Virus record (IMG/VR): IMGVR_UViG_3300004686_000002
Span: 1-64,000 of that record
Length of the DNA stretch: 64,000 nt
Origin: an uncultured virus (IMG/VR IMGVR_UViG_3300004686_000002)
Taxonomy: Duplodnaviria; Heunggongvirae; Uroviricota; Caudoviricetes
Reading direction: 5' to 3' (one strand)
Below are positions 55,101-64,000 of the stretch, in pieces. The notes beneath the pieces were generated by a model, which searched no databases, was not told where the DNA came from, and saw only the letters and a program-made list of their open reading frames with translations. The position numbers and the translations under genes are program-made. Every line of letters starts with the position of its first letter. Position 1 is the first letter of the stretch.

Positions 55101-58100
55101 CCGCTATAAATAGCAGATATTGTTCCTATCATATAGCTGAGGTTTATTCCTCCTGTGTTTGTAACCATGACACTATCCCCAGCCGCAAAAGATCCTATAG
55201 TATTAACAGTAAATGTTCTTGTCCCTGTGCCTACTTGTATTGTTGTGTTTGAAGTAACTCCGAAATACCCTAAGTTGGATTGAGAGGCTCCTGTTGGGCC
55301 TGTGCCTGCTGTAAAGCCAGCGATAGCAAATTTTGTGGTTGGATTAGCGGAGGATACTAAAGCTAACGGGCTAAGGTCTGAAAATTGCTTATATAAAACG
55401 AAGCTAGGATAAAAATTGTATATGGGTGGATTTATATTTGACGCGGGGTAAAAATCAACAGTTACGTCTGGAAATAACCCATATATCAAATTTGATAATA
55501 CAGTAACTTGATTTGTTTTTTGTGTGGGTAGATAATCTAAACTTGTAGGATTGTAATAGGCGGTTAGTGTGTCAACACCTATTGGAGGTAGGTATCCCGC
55601 CGGGGGAGAATATGTTATATTCCCAGAAGCTTGGGTGGTCGCATTTAACTGAAACTCATTAAGTCGCTGACCATAAACCATTGTGTCTGGTGTGGGCCAA
55701 TCTATCGTCGCATGTACGGCACTAAAAGATAATACGAAAGTAAATATATTAGAGCTACCTGCAGGGTTCGAAACTCTCGCGGATATGGTGTAATGTAAAT
55801 TTATATCATCGTACGAAGGATAGCCCACTAAATTTCCGTTGGGATTAAAGTGCAGACTAGTAAAGTGTCTGGGTGTAATGCTCGTTATCTCAATACTTGT
55901 TGGATCGTTTGTTACAGATAAACTTAACAAAGGATTATCATCAGTATACTCTCCCGGCCCCAGATAAACAGAAGGTAGGAAATTATAAGATGGTCCCGTA
56001 TTCCCTGTGGCTCCTGTATAAGATTCGTATGTTTGATTTGTTGAAATTCCTGTTATGCTGGGCAGTCCCCAATATTGAATATCGTATTGATTATTAGAAG
56101 CGCCTCCTAAATATTGATTTTCAATCACAACAGAAAATACACCTGAAGAATTAGTGCTTGCGGGAGTGCCTGTGAAATTGCAGTTAAATCCAGGAAAACC
56201 ATTGTAAGAAACACCGTCGGGCCATGTACCGCTAATATTGTAGAATATGGCGTTATCTGCGGAGGTTATTTTTTTACAGACTGTATGATTCTCAAGCATC
56301 ACAATAGATTGATCTGCAGTATCAGAAACCACTATTGAGCAAGTACCTGTACCATAGTAGCCATATTCAGATTCTACCGAAATGGTCACATTGTATGTTC
56401 CTGTTTGGCTAACCGGTCCTCCCACAATTTGTCCCGACTCTGGAACTATACTTAAAGAAGGAGGTAACCCTACAGCAGAAAATAGTATCGGATTTTGAGT
56501 AGCATAAACACTAAACAATGGGGAGTCTGTGGTGTATTCTCTATTGTTGTAGTCTGGAGGATTAATATAGTAAATATTTTGGCTTAATGGTGTAGTTATT
56601 TGGGGTGTGGGTGAATTAGGTAAATAATTTAAGTTTAAAGAAAGGGGCATTTGTGTGCTTCCTTTATTTGCAAACAAAGTTAATGGGTAATTTGCCGCAT
56701 GGGTTAATCCACTAACGGTACCATAAATATTGCAGGTTGCTCCTGTAGCCCCAGTAAAATGAAGTCCAGGAGGTAATGGGCCAGTATAACCATAACTGTC
56801 GGCTTGTCCTAATCCTGATATCTTATAACAGTAGGGGGTATTTAAAAACACACCACCATTCAACGGAGAAGAAGAAATATATATTTTAAACGAAGATATA
56901 TATCTAGCTCCTGAGGAAGTACCTGCGATAACCTGCACATTATACGTACCCTCAACATCGTTAGCTGCACCTATAACTTTTCCGTCTTGTGTTATACTCA
57001 AGCCCCTAGGTAATCCAGAGGCTAAATAAAAGCTTATAGGTCTAGCTGTGAGTATTTGTAATAGTGGTGCGTCAGCATTAAAAGTTATCGTGCTATAGCC
57101 ACCAGAATAGACTATATAAAATAATTGATCTTGAGCTGGATAAGTTATTTGTAGTGACGGAGAATATATAAAATTAAAAAATCTATTGGTTATTAAACCG
57201 GCATTATTTATGGATAATGTGATATATTGTTGAATTTCATTAGTCTGATTAAGAATTCCTGAAGAATAGATGTGGCAAGAGCTATTTGCCTGACTAGAAA
57301 TATTTAAAAATGAAGGTAAATTTAATATGGAGAAAGACACATTTAAACTAGCACCTAAGGAGCTTAAATCACTAAAAGTGTAGCAAAATCCTGTTCCATA
57401 ATCCGCAATGATTTCAGATATTTCTTGAGATAGGTTGATATTAAAAGTAACTGACGTAGTACCTACAGCATTAACTGCGTTTATTGTAACTACATGGAGA
57501 CCTAGACTTGCATCATCTGAAATCTGCCCAGTAATATTTCCATTGTTATCTATGCTTAACCCTAGGGGAAGTGTTCCGTTATTGTCATTAAATGAAGTTG
57601 CCCCTAACGCAGAAACTGTAAATAGTGGATTTACTGAAGTAAATTGTGTATTGCTACCTATCGGGTTTTTAAAGTCCGGCGGATATAGATTAATAACAGT
57701 GGAATTAGTGGGGTAATTTATTATAGGTGTAACGATATAAGGTATCGTATATGACACAAGCCTGTAACTTCCACCATAAAGCTGTTGCTTAACAACAATA
57801 TTTATTTCCGTTGAGGTGGTGTCATAATTCGTACCATAAAAATTAGGTACAGCTCCCGCAGAAGAGTGATTGAGGGTAGGATCAAAAAGTAACCAGTCTG
57901 GTAAAATTTGTTCTACTGTTTGCGATATTACTTCAGGGCCAACGATTATACTGTAATTAAACTGTTCTCCCTGTTTTGCATACGATGTAGCTATGCCAGT
58001 CTCGTTTATCTCTAATAATACATGTACAGGAGAAGAGCTGCCGGCGGAATTGTGGGCTACCAAAGTCAAAGGATAAAAAGCAGGGTATACGGTATTGCTA

Positions 58101-60472
58101 GGCATCTTGAGCTTACCTATCAGCCCGTTGCCCCCCACGGATAATCCTGGAGGAAGATTGTTTGTACCTGTAGGCCCTATACTTACACCACTTAAATTAT
58201 TGTCTAAAGTTATACTATAACTGGTAGGATAATTCGATGCAGCTATGGGAATGAGGGGGGCACTCTTTGTAAAAGTTCTAGTGGTTAAAACCTGAGGGCC
58301 TCCGTCAGGAGGATAAATATTTATAACCTCGTTTTGTGTTGGATAATTAATTACCGGAGGAGCAAAATAGTCTATGGTTAACTGAAGGAAGTAATAAAGT
58401 GATCCGGATTTTCCAAAAACTGTAAAAGAATATACTTCTGAAGTATTTCCGTTCGGATTTGAAGAATAAATTCTAGGAGAATTTGAGGATGTATCTATTG
58501 TTATCCAGCTTGGTGGAGTACCTGTAACTGTAAATTCTGTAGCCTCCGGCATGTTTATAGGGTAGCTAAACGGTACACCGTAGTTCACAGAAATTACATC
58601 TTGAGTATTATTGACAGAAACACAATATGCTGCCGTTATGGTTGCTCCTGGCTCTGGTATAGTCATTGGCGTTTGAACCGCATCAATAAGAACGCCATTT
58701 GAATAGTAATTTATAGGTGTGTTACTTGGAGTAGATGTGTTTGTTATTTCAAATGTAACTTTCCCTGTATTCAAATGATCTATATCCTGTGAGCAAGGAA
58801 TGAAATATATGGATTCAAATATATTGTAATCCTTGCAGGCGATTGTTCCTACACTTGCCCCATAGCTAATATCGCCTATACTATTTTTTATCTTTACAGA
58901 AGAAGGAACGAGTGTGGCTTGGTCTGAGGTGAATGCGGATACAGAATATGAAATAGCTGCTGGTGACGGATTGTATATAACAATTACCGAAGTTATGAAT
59001 GTACCATACTGCTTGTCAGCATTATAGGCTTCTAGTGTGCCGTAGTTTAAAGTTGCGTATGGCTGATTTTTATTAGCGGCGGCGGCGTTACTTCTAGTAA
59101 TTGCGTCATTCAGTGCGTTTTTTATACCGTAGTCGTTAACGATAAAGTTATTTAAGTTTCCAGATAGGGCTGCGCATATATCATTAAAAGCTATATTTGA
59201 TTGCGTGGTAACCCCAAGTATAACTTCATGGGTGGAAATAACTTCTTTTATTTGAAAAACATAATTAATGGCCCCAGAGGTTATTGTTAATTCTCTTCCC
59301 TCATGGAAATACTTTTTAAACCCTCCTGAACACGTAGGTCCAACTGGTGTAGGTTTGCCATTTCTATACGCGCAAAAACTGGTTACTACAAAATGTGCGC
59401 TATTTATTAATCCAGTAGAATTATTTTCCGCGAAGGCAGATCCATTTATTTTTCCTATTCCATAAGTCTGTTGGGGATTATTAACTACCTTGTAAAGTTC
59501 TGCTAAGGCATCTGTGGATCTATTGAGATAATTTGCAAAACCACTTATATTTTCAGGAGAGCATTTGGGACTGCAGTGATTGTTAAATACAAGTCCGTGC
59601 CCTCCCATATCAGAGGATATGGCATTGAAGGTATTGGTGTGTGCTGCTACACCATTTCTAGCAGGGATAGGTGTGGAGAAATTTGAATAATCAGTCTTTG
59701 TTTTTAGCTCTCCTGATGTGATCTCATTAAGGGTGTTGGCACTCAAAAGGTCTAACGAATAGCAGTCGGATGGAGCTATAAACAAAGCCCCGGAAGAATT
59801 AGGGGAGCTGTTATTAACTGTATATATGTCTACTATGTCTCCGTCAGGGCAGGGGTTCCATAATCCCGTACCTAATCCTTTAGCTACATCTATATATAAT
59901 TGATGTGTGCTATCAGTGGTAAATTCATTATTTGTTCCATTGTCTAAAATGACAGCTTCTCCAGCCCCGTAAGTTTTTATGTTTTGTAATATATGGCTGG
60001 CGGTGTATCCGTCATGGGCATATGTATCAAAGCTAAGCGAAGTTACTTTTCTGGGATACCACACTATCAAGGAAGATAAAAATTCTGTTTGATCTGCTGT
60101 ATATTCTACTGTACCGGAAAAGCTAGATAAAAAATTTATCTCATCGCCAAATATTAATTTGATCACCCAGCCATCACCAGAATAGCTAAAAAAGCTTGTT
60201 TGCGTATTTGCTAAATGACTAATCGCAGAACTTAAAGGAAAACTTAAAGAGCCTATATCACCATTATTAACTTCTGATAAGGCTATATTTATATCTCCAT
60301 CAATGTTAGAGATACTAGAGATATATACTCTTTTTATATTTTTATCGTTAGTTACAAACAGCGCGTCTAAAAAAGCCCCTTTAGGAATATCTAAAGACTG
60401 ATTGGGGGCAACACTATCTTTAAAAGGATAGCTGATCAGGCTATTTGAACTTAAATATTCTAACGCGGGCAT
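52136..60472 (-). CDS. Giant repeat-rich tail fibre/adhesin (2778 aa) with putative Ig-like domains
   Basis: A.GLP..L.I...G.I.G repeats, W..P..I.YG..L...QLNA repeats, short Gly-X-Y linkers. Confidence 0.8.
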   Translation of the reverse strand: MPALEYLSSNSLISYPFKDSVAPNQSLDIPKGAFLDALFVTNDKNIKRVYISSISNIDGDINIALSEVNNGDIGSLSFPLSSAISHLANTQTSFFSYSGDGWVIKLIFGDEINFLSSFSGTVEYTADQTEFLSSLIVWYPRKVTSLSFDTYAHDGYTASHILQNIKTYGAGEAVILDNGTNNEFTTDSTHQLYIDVAKGLGTGLWNPCPDGDIVDIYTVNNSSPNSSGALFIAPSDCYSLDLLSANTLNEITSGELKTKTDYSNFSTPIPARNGVAAHTNTFNAISSDMGGHGLVFNNHCSPKCSPENISGFANYLNRSTDALAELYKVVNNPQQTYGIGKINGSAFAENNSTGLINSAHFVVTSFCAYRNGKPTPVGPTCSGGFKKYFHEGRELTITSGAINYVFQIKEVISTHEVILGVTTQSNIAFNDICAALSGNLNNFIVNDYGIKNALNDAITRSNAAAANKNQPYATLNYGTLEAYNADKQYGTFITSVIVIYNPSPAAISYSVSAFTSDQATLVPSSVKIKNSIGDISYGASVGTIACKDYNIFESIYFIPCSQDIDHLNTGKVTFEITNTSTPSNTPINYYSNGVLIDAVQTPMTIPEPGATITAAYCVSVNNTQDVISVNYGVPFSYPINMPEATEFTVTGTPPSWITIDTSSNSPRIYSSNPNGNTSEVYSFTVFGKSGSLYYFLQLTIDYFAPPVINYPTQNEVINIYPPDGGPQVLTTRTFTKSAPLIPIAASNYPTSYSITLDNNLSGVSIGPTGTNNLPPGLSVGGNGLIGKLKMPSNTVYPAFYPLTLVAHNSAGSSSPVHVLLEINETGIATSYAKQGEQFNYSIIVGPEVISQTVEQILPDWLLFDPTLNHSSAGAVPNFYGTNYDTTSTEINIVVKQQLYGGSYRLVSYTIPYIVTPIINYPTNSTVINLYPPDFKNPIGSNTQFTSVNPLFTVSALGATSFNDNNGTLPLGLSIDNNGNITGQISDDASLGLHVVTINAVNAVGTTSVTFNINLSQEISEIIADYGTGFCYTFSDLSSLGASLNVSFSILNLPSFLNISSQANSSCHIYSSGILNQTNEIQQYITLSINNAGLITNRFFNFIYSPSLQITYPAQDQLFYIVYSGGYSTITFNADAPLLQILTARPISFYLASGLPRGLSITQDGKVIGAANDVEGTYNVQVIAGTSSGARYISSFKIYISSSPLNGGVFLNTPYCYKISGLGQADSYGYTGPLPPGLHFTGATGATCNIYGTVSGLTHAANYPLTLFANKGSTQMPLSLNLNYLPNSPTPQITTPLSQNIYYINPPDYNNREYTTDSPLFSVYATQNPILFSAVGLPPSLSIVPESGQIVGGPVSQTGTYNVTISVESEYGYYGTGTCSIVVSDTADQSIVMLENHTVCKKITSADNAIFYNISGTWPDGVSYNGFPGFNCNFTGTPASTNSSGVFSVVIENQYLGGASNNQYDIQYWGLPSITGISTNQTYESYTGATGNTGPSYNFLPSVYLGPGEYTDDNPLLSLSVTNDPTSIEITSITPRHFTSLHFNPNGNLVGYPSYDDINLHYTISARVSNPAGSSNIFTFVLSFSAVHATIDWPTPDTMVYGQRLNEFQLNATTQASGNITYSPPAGYLPPIGVDTLTAYYNPTSLDYLPTQKTNQVTVLSNLIYGLFPDVTVDFYPASNINPPIYNFYPSFVLYKQFSDLSPLALVSSANPTTKFAIAGFTAGTGPTGASQSNLGYFGVTSNTTIQVGTGTRTFTVNTIGSFAAGDSVMVTNTGGINLSYMIGTISAIYSGNRMTISVSSVGGNGGTFSSWEISLYSTTFPGPTGSSGSSGPAWPDLPITLTPPYYPGLPPLLTIDNSGALIGTVLPNMLNKSYGLSITAVDSLGNQSPPYNCILAFEPRKSHVFWDTPDPIIYGTPLTDQQLNASFDIYTEGGVLLYNYQLGDVLNVGTNILTAEYVSSDINVAGSTKSVSLVITPNLITGLSSDQTFESSTGATGGSGPSYNILPSVYLNSSYTEDNPLFTVNTLISLADYHNFGGYIFTATGLPNSLTITNTGKIVGSYPQISEINQTYNVTINLVNTVVYYPQSGAHYNDPPPFNFTLSIQPIPTNITWPALDPVVYGTPITEVQLNATADVAGSFTYTPDYGTVFNVGNNTITAVFTPDSEDYGSATVTNNLTVLINKITSFTPASFLNSYYSAATGPSGPVYSPNPSEYLNNGPYTGGNPLFSFGAASTVYTYSATGLPSSLTVGGLGNIIGTPSTQDLNKVYYISLYAQGNDNYQNNRPRSFYLKSPPYNFVLDLTPKNHPVLTWSSPNPITYGTPLSTDQLNASSNVDGTFTYSPASGTVLNHIHNTLNTVFTPTSVDYYTAEASVNINVNPAGGPIAITGISTTQAIYQSHTGSTGSTGTYYNFLPSVYLAAGPYTDNNPLLTVNTDVLASGFIAQGLPNTLSINTNGNIIGTPVASQLNAIYNVTVYANNNGTLSSAFHFVLSIQKGIPQLNWDNPADIVYKTQLIPGAQLNATTDVLGKYVYDPVPGTILMVGTNIPLHVTFTPNSSDFIPVTKTVHINVVPATTNLVTITGVAVNIPVLSQTSQVSYVKPPGLNYSFPVYVNVYTIMPSVYLNSGPYTDDNPLISITTDNPPFGFQAIGLPEGLSISANGNIVGNPSSNDIDRLFSISISPDNLVYSAQVIYITLGIPKQDPVITWPQITHVGVPWFTGAYGATASVPGTFIYAPDYAEYDYGGSYTWSATFYPSNSTDYNIIPATTTLQLIGRNY

Positions 60473-60484
60473 ATACCGGTAATT

Positions 60485-61381
60485 TTAACTTCCACACGAA
60501 CAGCTAGAATTAACGGTGGATAAATAATTTGTGAGCTGCCCATTGAGGGTATTATAATAATTTTTAATAGTTATAAAATTATTTTCAAGGCTAGTCAATC
60601 TTGTAGTTAACGTAGATAAATCCGAGCACCCGGAGCAAGGAGTACAGCAGGTGTCGTTAAATTGTAACGTGTATGGAGAAGTACTAGAAATTTGCATACA
60701 GTCTATACCTACCATTGTTATATTTCCATTCGACGGGTCTGGTGTAACACCATTTATTGTTTTTACACAGTTCGTATAATTACAGGTTTTGTTTAAACCT
60801 AACCCGTCCCCAACATCCATAGTTACGCTATTAGAAATACTATTGTATGTGAAAATAACATTGTTTCTGGCGTTCATTGTGATATCGCCGGTAAACGTGG
60901 CTGTGCTTGCGTCTGCGTCTACATATGTAATTGATGTAACTCCTGCAAGACCTGGAATTATAGTTCTTGGCTCTAATTCTGTATCTGTGTTTGTAAAAGA
61001 AAATTGTCCTGCGGGTTGTAGTTGTAAATCATCAGGCAGCCCTATGGTGATTTTGCCGGAGGCTCCTGCATAACTGCCGATAGGGGTTAAATAATAAGTA
61101 TCGTTGAGCTTATGACTATTGAAATCTATAAAAAAGCTACCCACTACTGTACCTGTGTAATATTCAGCCAGCTGAATAGTGCAGGAAAAAAGGTTATTAA
61201 AAAAAGAAGAGATATAAAATCTCGCTGATGGGTCTCCACTTGCGGATAATGAAATATCAACTATTAACGTGTTTGGAATTTGAAAAAGCCCATCTGTACT
61301 CGTTGCGCTAGTTCCTTCTCTTATAGGATATCTGCGTAATGAGTTTAAATCTAGATAGTCTAATGAGTCAATCCAGGGCAT
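60485..61381 (-). CDS. Tail/baseplate protein (NxxRxYP paralogue family) with Cys cluster and coiled coil
   Basis: LDYLDLNSLRRYPI; INGVTPD...GN; CCTPCSGC followed by heptads. Confidence 0.65.
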   Translation of the reverse strand: MPWIDSLDYLDLNSLRRYPIREGTSATSTDGLFQIPNTLIVDISLSASGDPSARFYISSFFNNLFSCTIQLAEYYTGTVVGSFFIDFNSHKLNDTYYLTPIGSYAGASGKITIGLPDDLQLQPAGQFSFTNTDTELEPRTIIPGLAGVTSITYVDADASTATFTGDITMNARNNVIFTYNSISNSVTMDVGDGLGLNKTCNYTNCVKTINGVTPDPSNGNITMVGIDCMQISSTSPYTLQFNDTCCTPCSGCSDLSTLTTRLTSLENNFITIKNYYNTLNGQLTNYLSTVNSSCSCGS

Positions 61382-61383
61382 TT

Positions 61384-63969
61384 TTAGTTACTAGTTGTTC
61401 CCCAATAAATTCCAAGAATTCCAATATCCCCTACGTAGTCATTATTAGACCCGGTGAGGTTTCTTGTGATTTTAAAGTTTATCACCGTATCTTCGCCTAC
61501 GTAATTTTCTGGAATAACTAATCCCCCTGAAATATTAATTGGGGTATACGCAGTGTATCCTGCGCTAGGTAAGCTTAGAGTCACTAAAGATGACGCTGCA
61601 CTAGTCAGGCTTACTGAATTATTTAAATTAAGTGTGACTGAGCTAGCTGCTCCGTTTTGTGCTGATGTTGCCGAATATTCGAAATTCAAAGCAACCGCGG
61701 TGTTATTCGTGTTGCTTCCATAAGTACTATTTCCAAAAACTTGAAGTATTAAATTCAATGGGACGTTATTAAAAGAATCTTTTGTGAGAACAATTTTACC
61801 TATTAATCCGTACGGTACAGTTACTGGATTATAATATGGTAATTTTATATATGAATTTAATCCCCTAAATTCTAATCTAGAGTTAACTGGCTCTATAGAG
61901 TCTACCAGTCCATATATACCCTGAGACATATATGCGATATTGTATGTGCCTGGACTGCCGCTAACTGGAGTAACATTTATTCCTCCGGATCCCTGCAGAC
62001 TAGCGACCACAGGCGTAACAGTTTTTTTAAACTTGCCTGAAATGGCGTCCCATGATAGATCTGCCACAGCGCTTCCAGCAGTATACGTACCTCCTGTGCC
62101 TGTTGTTGATGGTACATTCGTGCTGTCTCCTGCTATTGATATGGTTCCTACAGTTATAGGTGCGGCTGTGGGGCCAGATATAGATATATTAGAGGTATCT
62201 ATAACAGTAACCGTAAATGTACCGTTCCAGGAATTATTTGAATCATAAAAACCGGTCGTCACGACTTGTTGACCTGTTGTTAGTCCGTGCGGGCTTGAGA
62301 AAGTTATAGCCCCCAATGTACCTGATACCCATGTGGCCGACACTATTTTTGGTAAATCAGAATATCCTACGGTATTAAACTGAGGAGTAATATTCACTAA
62401 CAAATCCCCTGTGGCTGAAAGTTCTCCTGGGTCACTCTTCAAGTCAAACGAGATAAAATTACTACTGTTATTAGGTGCTACCCCTGTGGGAGGATTAGTG
62501 GTTATGTTATAAGGCTTCAGGGAGCTTACAAGCTGTGTTCTCAGTGCTGGGTTGAATTTAGCGAAGTTTATAAACAGTCTTGCTCTGTTTCTATTGGTTC
62601 CTTTAAATGTTTCCCATTGTGTTGGGTCCCATCCGGCGTTAGCTGTAAATGTAGCTCCTGTTGCGGCGGGGTGTATTGTTGGCTTATTTAATATTAATGT
62701 ATATGGCCCTGTTGGACCGGATGCTCCTGTTGTGGAAAATACATTAGATATATATGTACCAGTATTTAAAAAAGACGCTGTGAGTAATGACTCCTGAGAA
62801 ATACCGGAAACAGAAGAAACATGCAATGCTGTGGCTCCTGTGGCACTAGCTGCAGCCGATAATGTTAATGTTACGGGGGCGTAGGTAGTTAAAATATCTG
62901 AAGCCCAAGGCTGTGTACCGTCAACATTAGAATACCACCAAATCCCATAATCATCTATAGAATATATCCCATCTGGAGCATATACATCACTATATCTTTG
63001 AGTTACGCCATTTTGTAAAATTTGAACAAAGTTAGATGGTACTGGAGGCAGGTTTGCCCCTAATTGATTTGCCTCAGCTATCTCATAACTATTTAACACC
63101 GTAGAGTCTGGTCCTGATGATAAATCAGAGGGTATATAGTAGAAAAATTTTGCAACTTGCCCTGCAGGGTTTGTTGGGATGACATAACCAGGAAGATTTT
63201 GTGCTGTGGCAGCGATCCACCCAAGTCTATCTGGGTTATTAGGAGAGCCGTAAGGCGTTGGAATTGTCCAAGTATGGCTACCGGAGTCTAAAACCGGAGG
63301 ATATACAGGACGATCTAATATATTATAACGATAGTTAATAAAAAACTGTGTAAATTCATCCACAGAAGGCTGAAGTATGAACTCTGTAGGAGACAAGGCA
63401 TACCCAACATAAACAGGAATACCGTCCGGGTTTTGTGTGATCTTTCCTGGTAATTTTCTAGATAGATAGTATGGCCCAACACTGAATGGTTGAACAACGC
63501 GGTTTCCATAGTTATCTAGAGAGTACTCTATTAATCCGTTGTATGGATCATCTATAGGCACAGAAAATTCGCACATGCCCTGAATATAGCAGTCTGCGAC
63601 ATTTCCAGGATTTACATCTCTAATAATTCCAAAAACATAATTAGAAGCATTGGGCTGGAACATGCTTGTGGTATGGTCTGTAGAGAAACCCGTAGATGCC
63701 TTTGATATTCCTTCTCCACCTTCATCACTTCTAAAATATACAACCGCAAGCTGTCCTACGGTAATTGGATTTGCTCCTGTTAAATCTCCAGGGTATATAG
63801 GTTGATTAAAACTAGTTAACGCAGACTTATTTTGAAGTTCATTAAACTCATCGTATAAATGCTGGTCGCGTTGAATCAACTGCTCTAGAGGTACATTAAC
63901 TACCTGCTGAGAAACATCTTGACCGTCTTGAATTAGTTTTACCGTGGGTACCCAGGGAGTTACTGACAT
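61384..63969 (-). CDS. Large virion structural (tail/baseplate) protein
   Basis: 861 aa, T/S/G/P-rich beta composition, within the tail operon. Confidence 0.65.
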   Translation of the reverse strand: MSVTPWVPTVKLIQDGQDVSQQVVNVPLEQLIQRDQHLYDEFNELQNKSALTSFNQPIYPGDLTGANPITVGQLAVVYFRSDEGGEGISKASTGFSTDHTTSMFQPNASNYVFGIIRDVNPGNVADCYIQGMCEFSVPIDDPYNGLIEYSLDNYGNRVVQPFSVGPYYLSRKLPGKITQNPDGIPVYVGYALSPTEFILQPSVDEFTQFFINYRYNILDRPVYPPVLDSGSHTWTIPTPYGSPNNPDRLGWIAATAQNLPGYVIPTNPAGQVAKFFYYIPSDLSSGPDSTVLNSYEIAEANQLGANLPPVPSNFVQILQNGVTQRYSDVYAPDGIYSIDDYGIWWYSNVDGTQPWASDILTTYAPVTLTLSAAASATGATALHVSSVSGISQESLLTASFLNTGTYISNVFSTTGASGPTGPYTLILNKPTIHPAATGATFTANAGWDPTQWETFKGTNRNRARLFINFAKFNPALRTQLVSSLKPYNITTNPPTGVAPNNSSNFISFDLKSDPGELSATGDLLVNITPQFNTVGYSDLPKIVSATWVSGTLGAITFSSPHGLTTGQQVVTTGFYDSNNSWNGTFTVTVIDTSNISISGPTAAPITVGTISIAGDSTNVPSTTGTGGTYTAGSAVADLSWDAISGKFKKTVTPVVASLQGSGGINVTPVSGSPGTYNIAYMSQGIYGLVDSIEPVNSRLEFRGLNSYIKLPYYNPVTVPYGLIGKIVLTKDSFNNVPLNLILQVFGNSTYGSNTNNTAVALNFEYSATSAQNGAASSVTLNLNNSVSLTSAASSLVTLSLPSAGYTAYTPINISGGLVIPENYVGEDTVINFKITRNLTGSNNDYVGDIGILGIYWGTTSN

Positions 63970-64000
63970 ATTTTTTTAGGTTACGAGGAATTTAATTCCC

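Noticed and set aside
1092..62797. Numerous short ORFs antisense to long genes, such as 12861..13685, 13096..13665 and 10116..10559
   Set aside because: Shadow frames of well-supported genes
1..64000. CRISPR array, integrase/transposase, reverse transcriptase or DGR, rRNA, stop-codon reassignment
   Set aside because: No repeat-spacer array or such motifs were seen; long genes are intact in the standard code and no suppressor tRNA is present

Overview
This is a 64-kb segment of a large, AT-rich tailed bacteriophage genome, probably jumbo-sized. It uses the standard genetic code and almost all genes lie on the minus strand. From left to right it contains: a GH108 endolysin; small accessory genes; a recombination/replication block (RuvC, RecA/UvsX, probable SSB, UDG-fused family-A DNA polymerase, DnaB-type helicase, primase, SF2 helicase, SbcCD); a DUF2997-DUF1257-DUF3150-AAA cluster; a GpA-type large terminase; an RNA-rich island (tRNAs, tmRNA and many unexplained structured elements); and a tail/baseplate block with a 2778-aa repeat-rich fibre. 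There are two main discoveries. (1) A phage-encoded ubiquitin-like conjugation module at 10.9-15.2 kb: a ThiF/E1 enzyme, a JAB/JAMM isopeptidase, a small ubiquitin-like protein ending GTLVGG-ASL, and a 690-aa partner carrying the near-identical motif GTLQGG-A 29 residues from its C-terminus. (2) An island at 42.7-47.0 kb with at least eight strongly base-paired non-coding elements, one about 580 nt long, around a tmRNA with a 31-residue tag. All family calls come from motif reading and all RNA structures were folded by eye; no database search or folding program was run.
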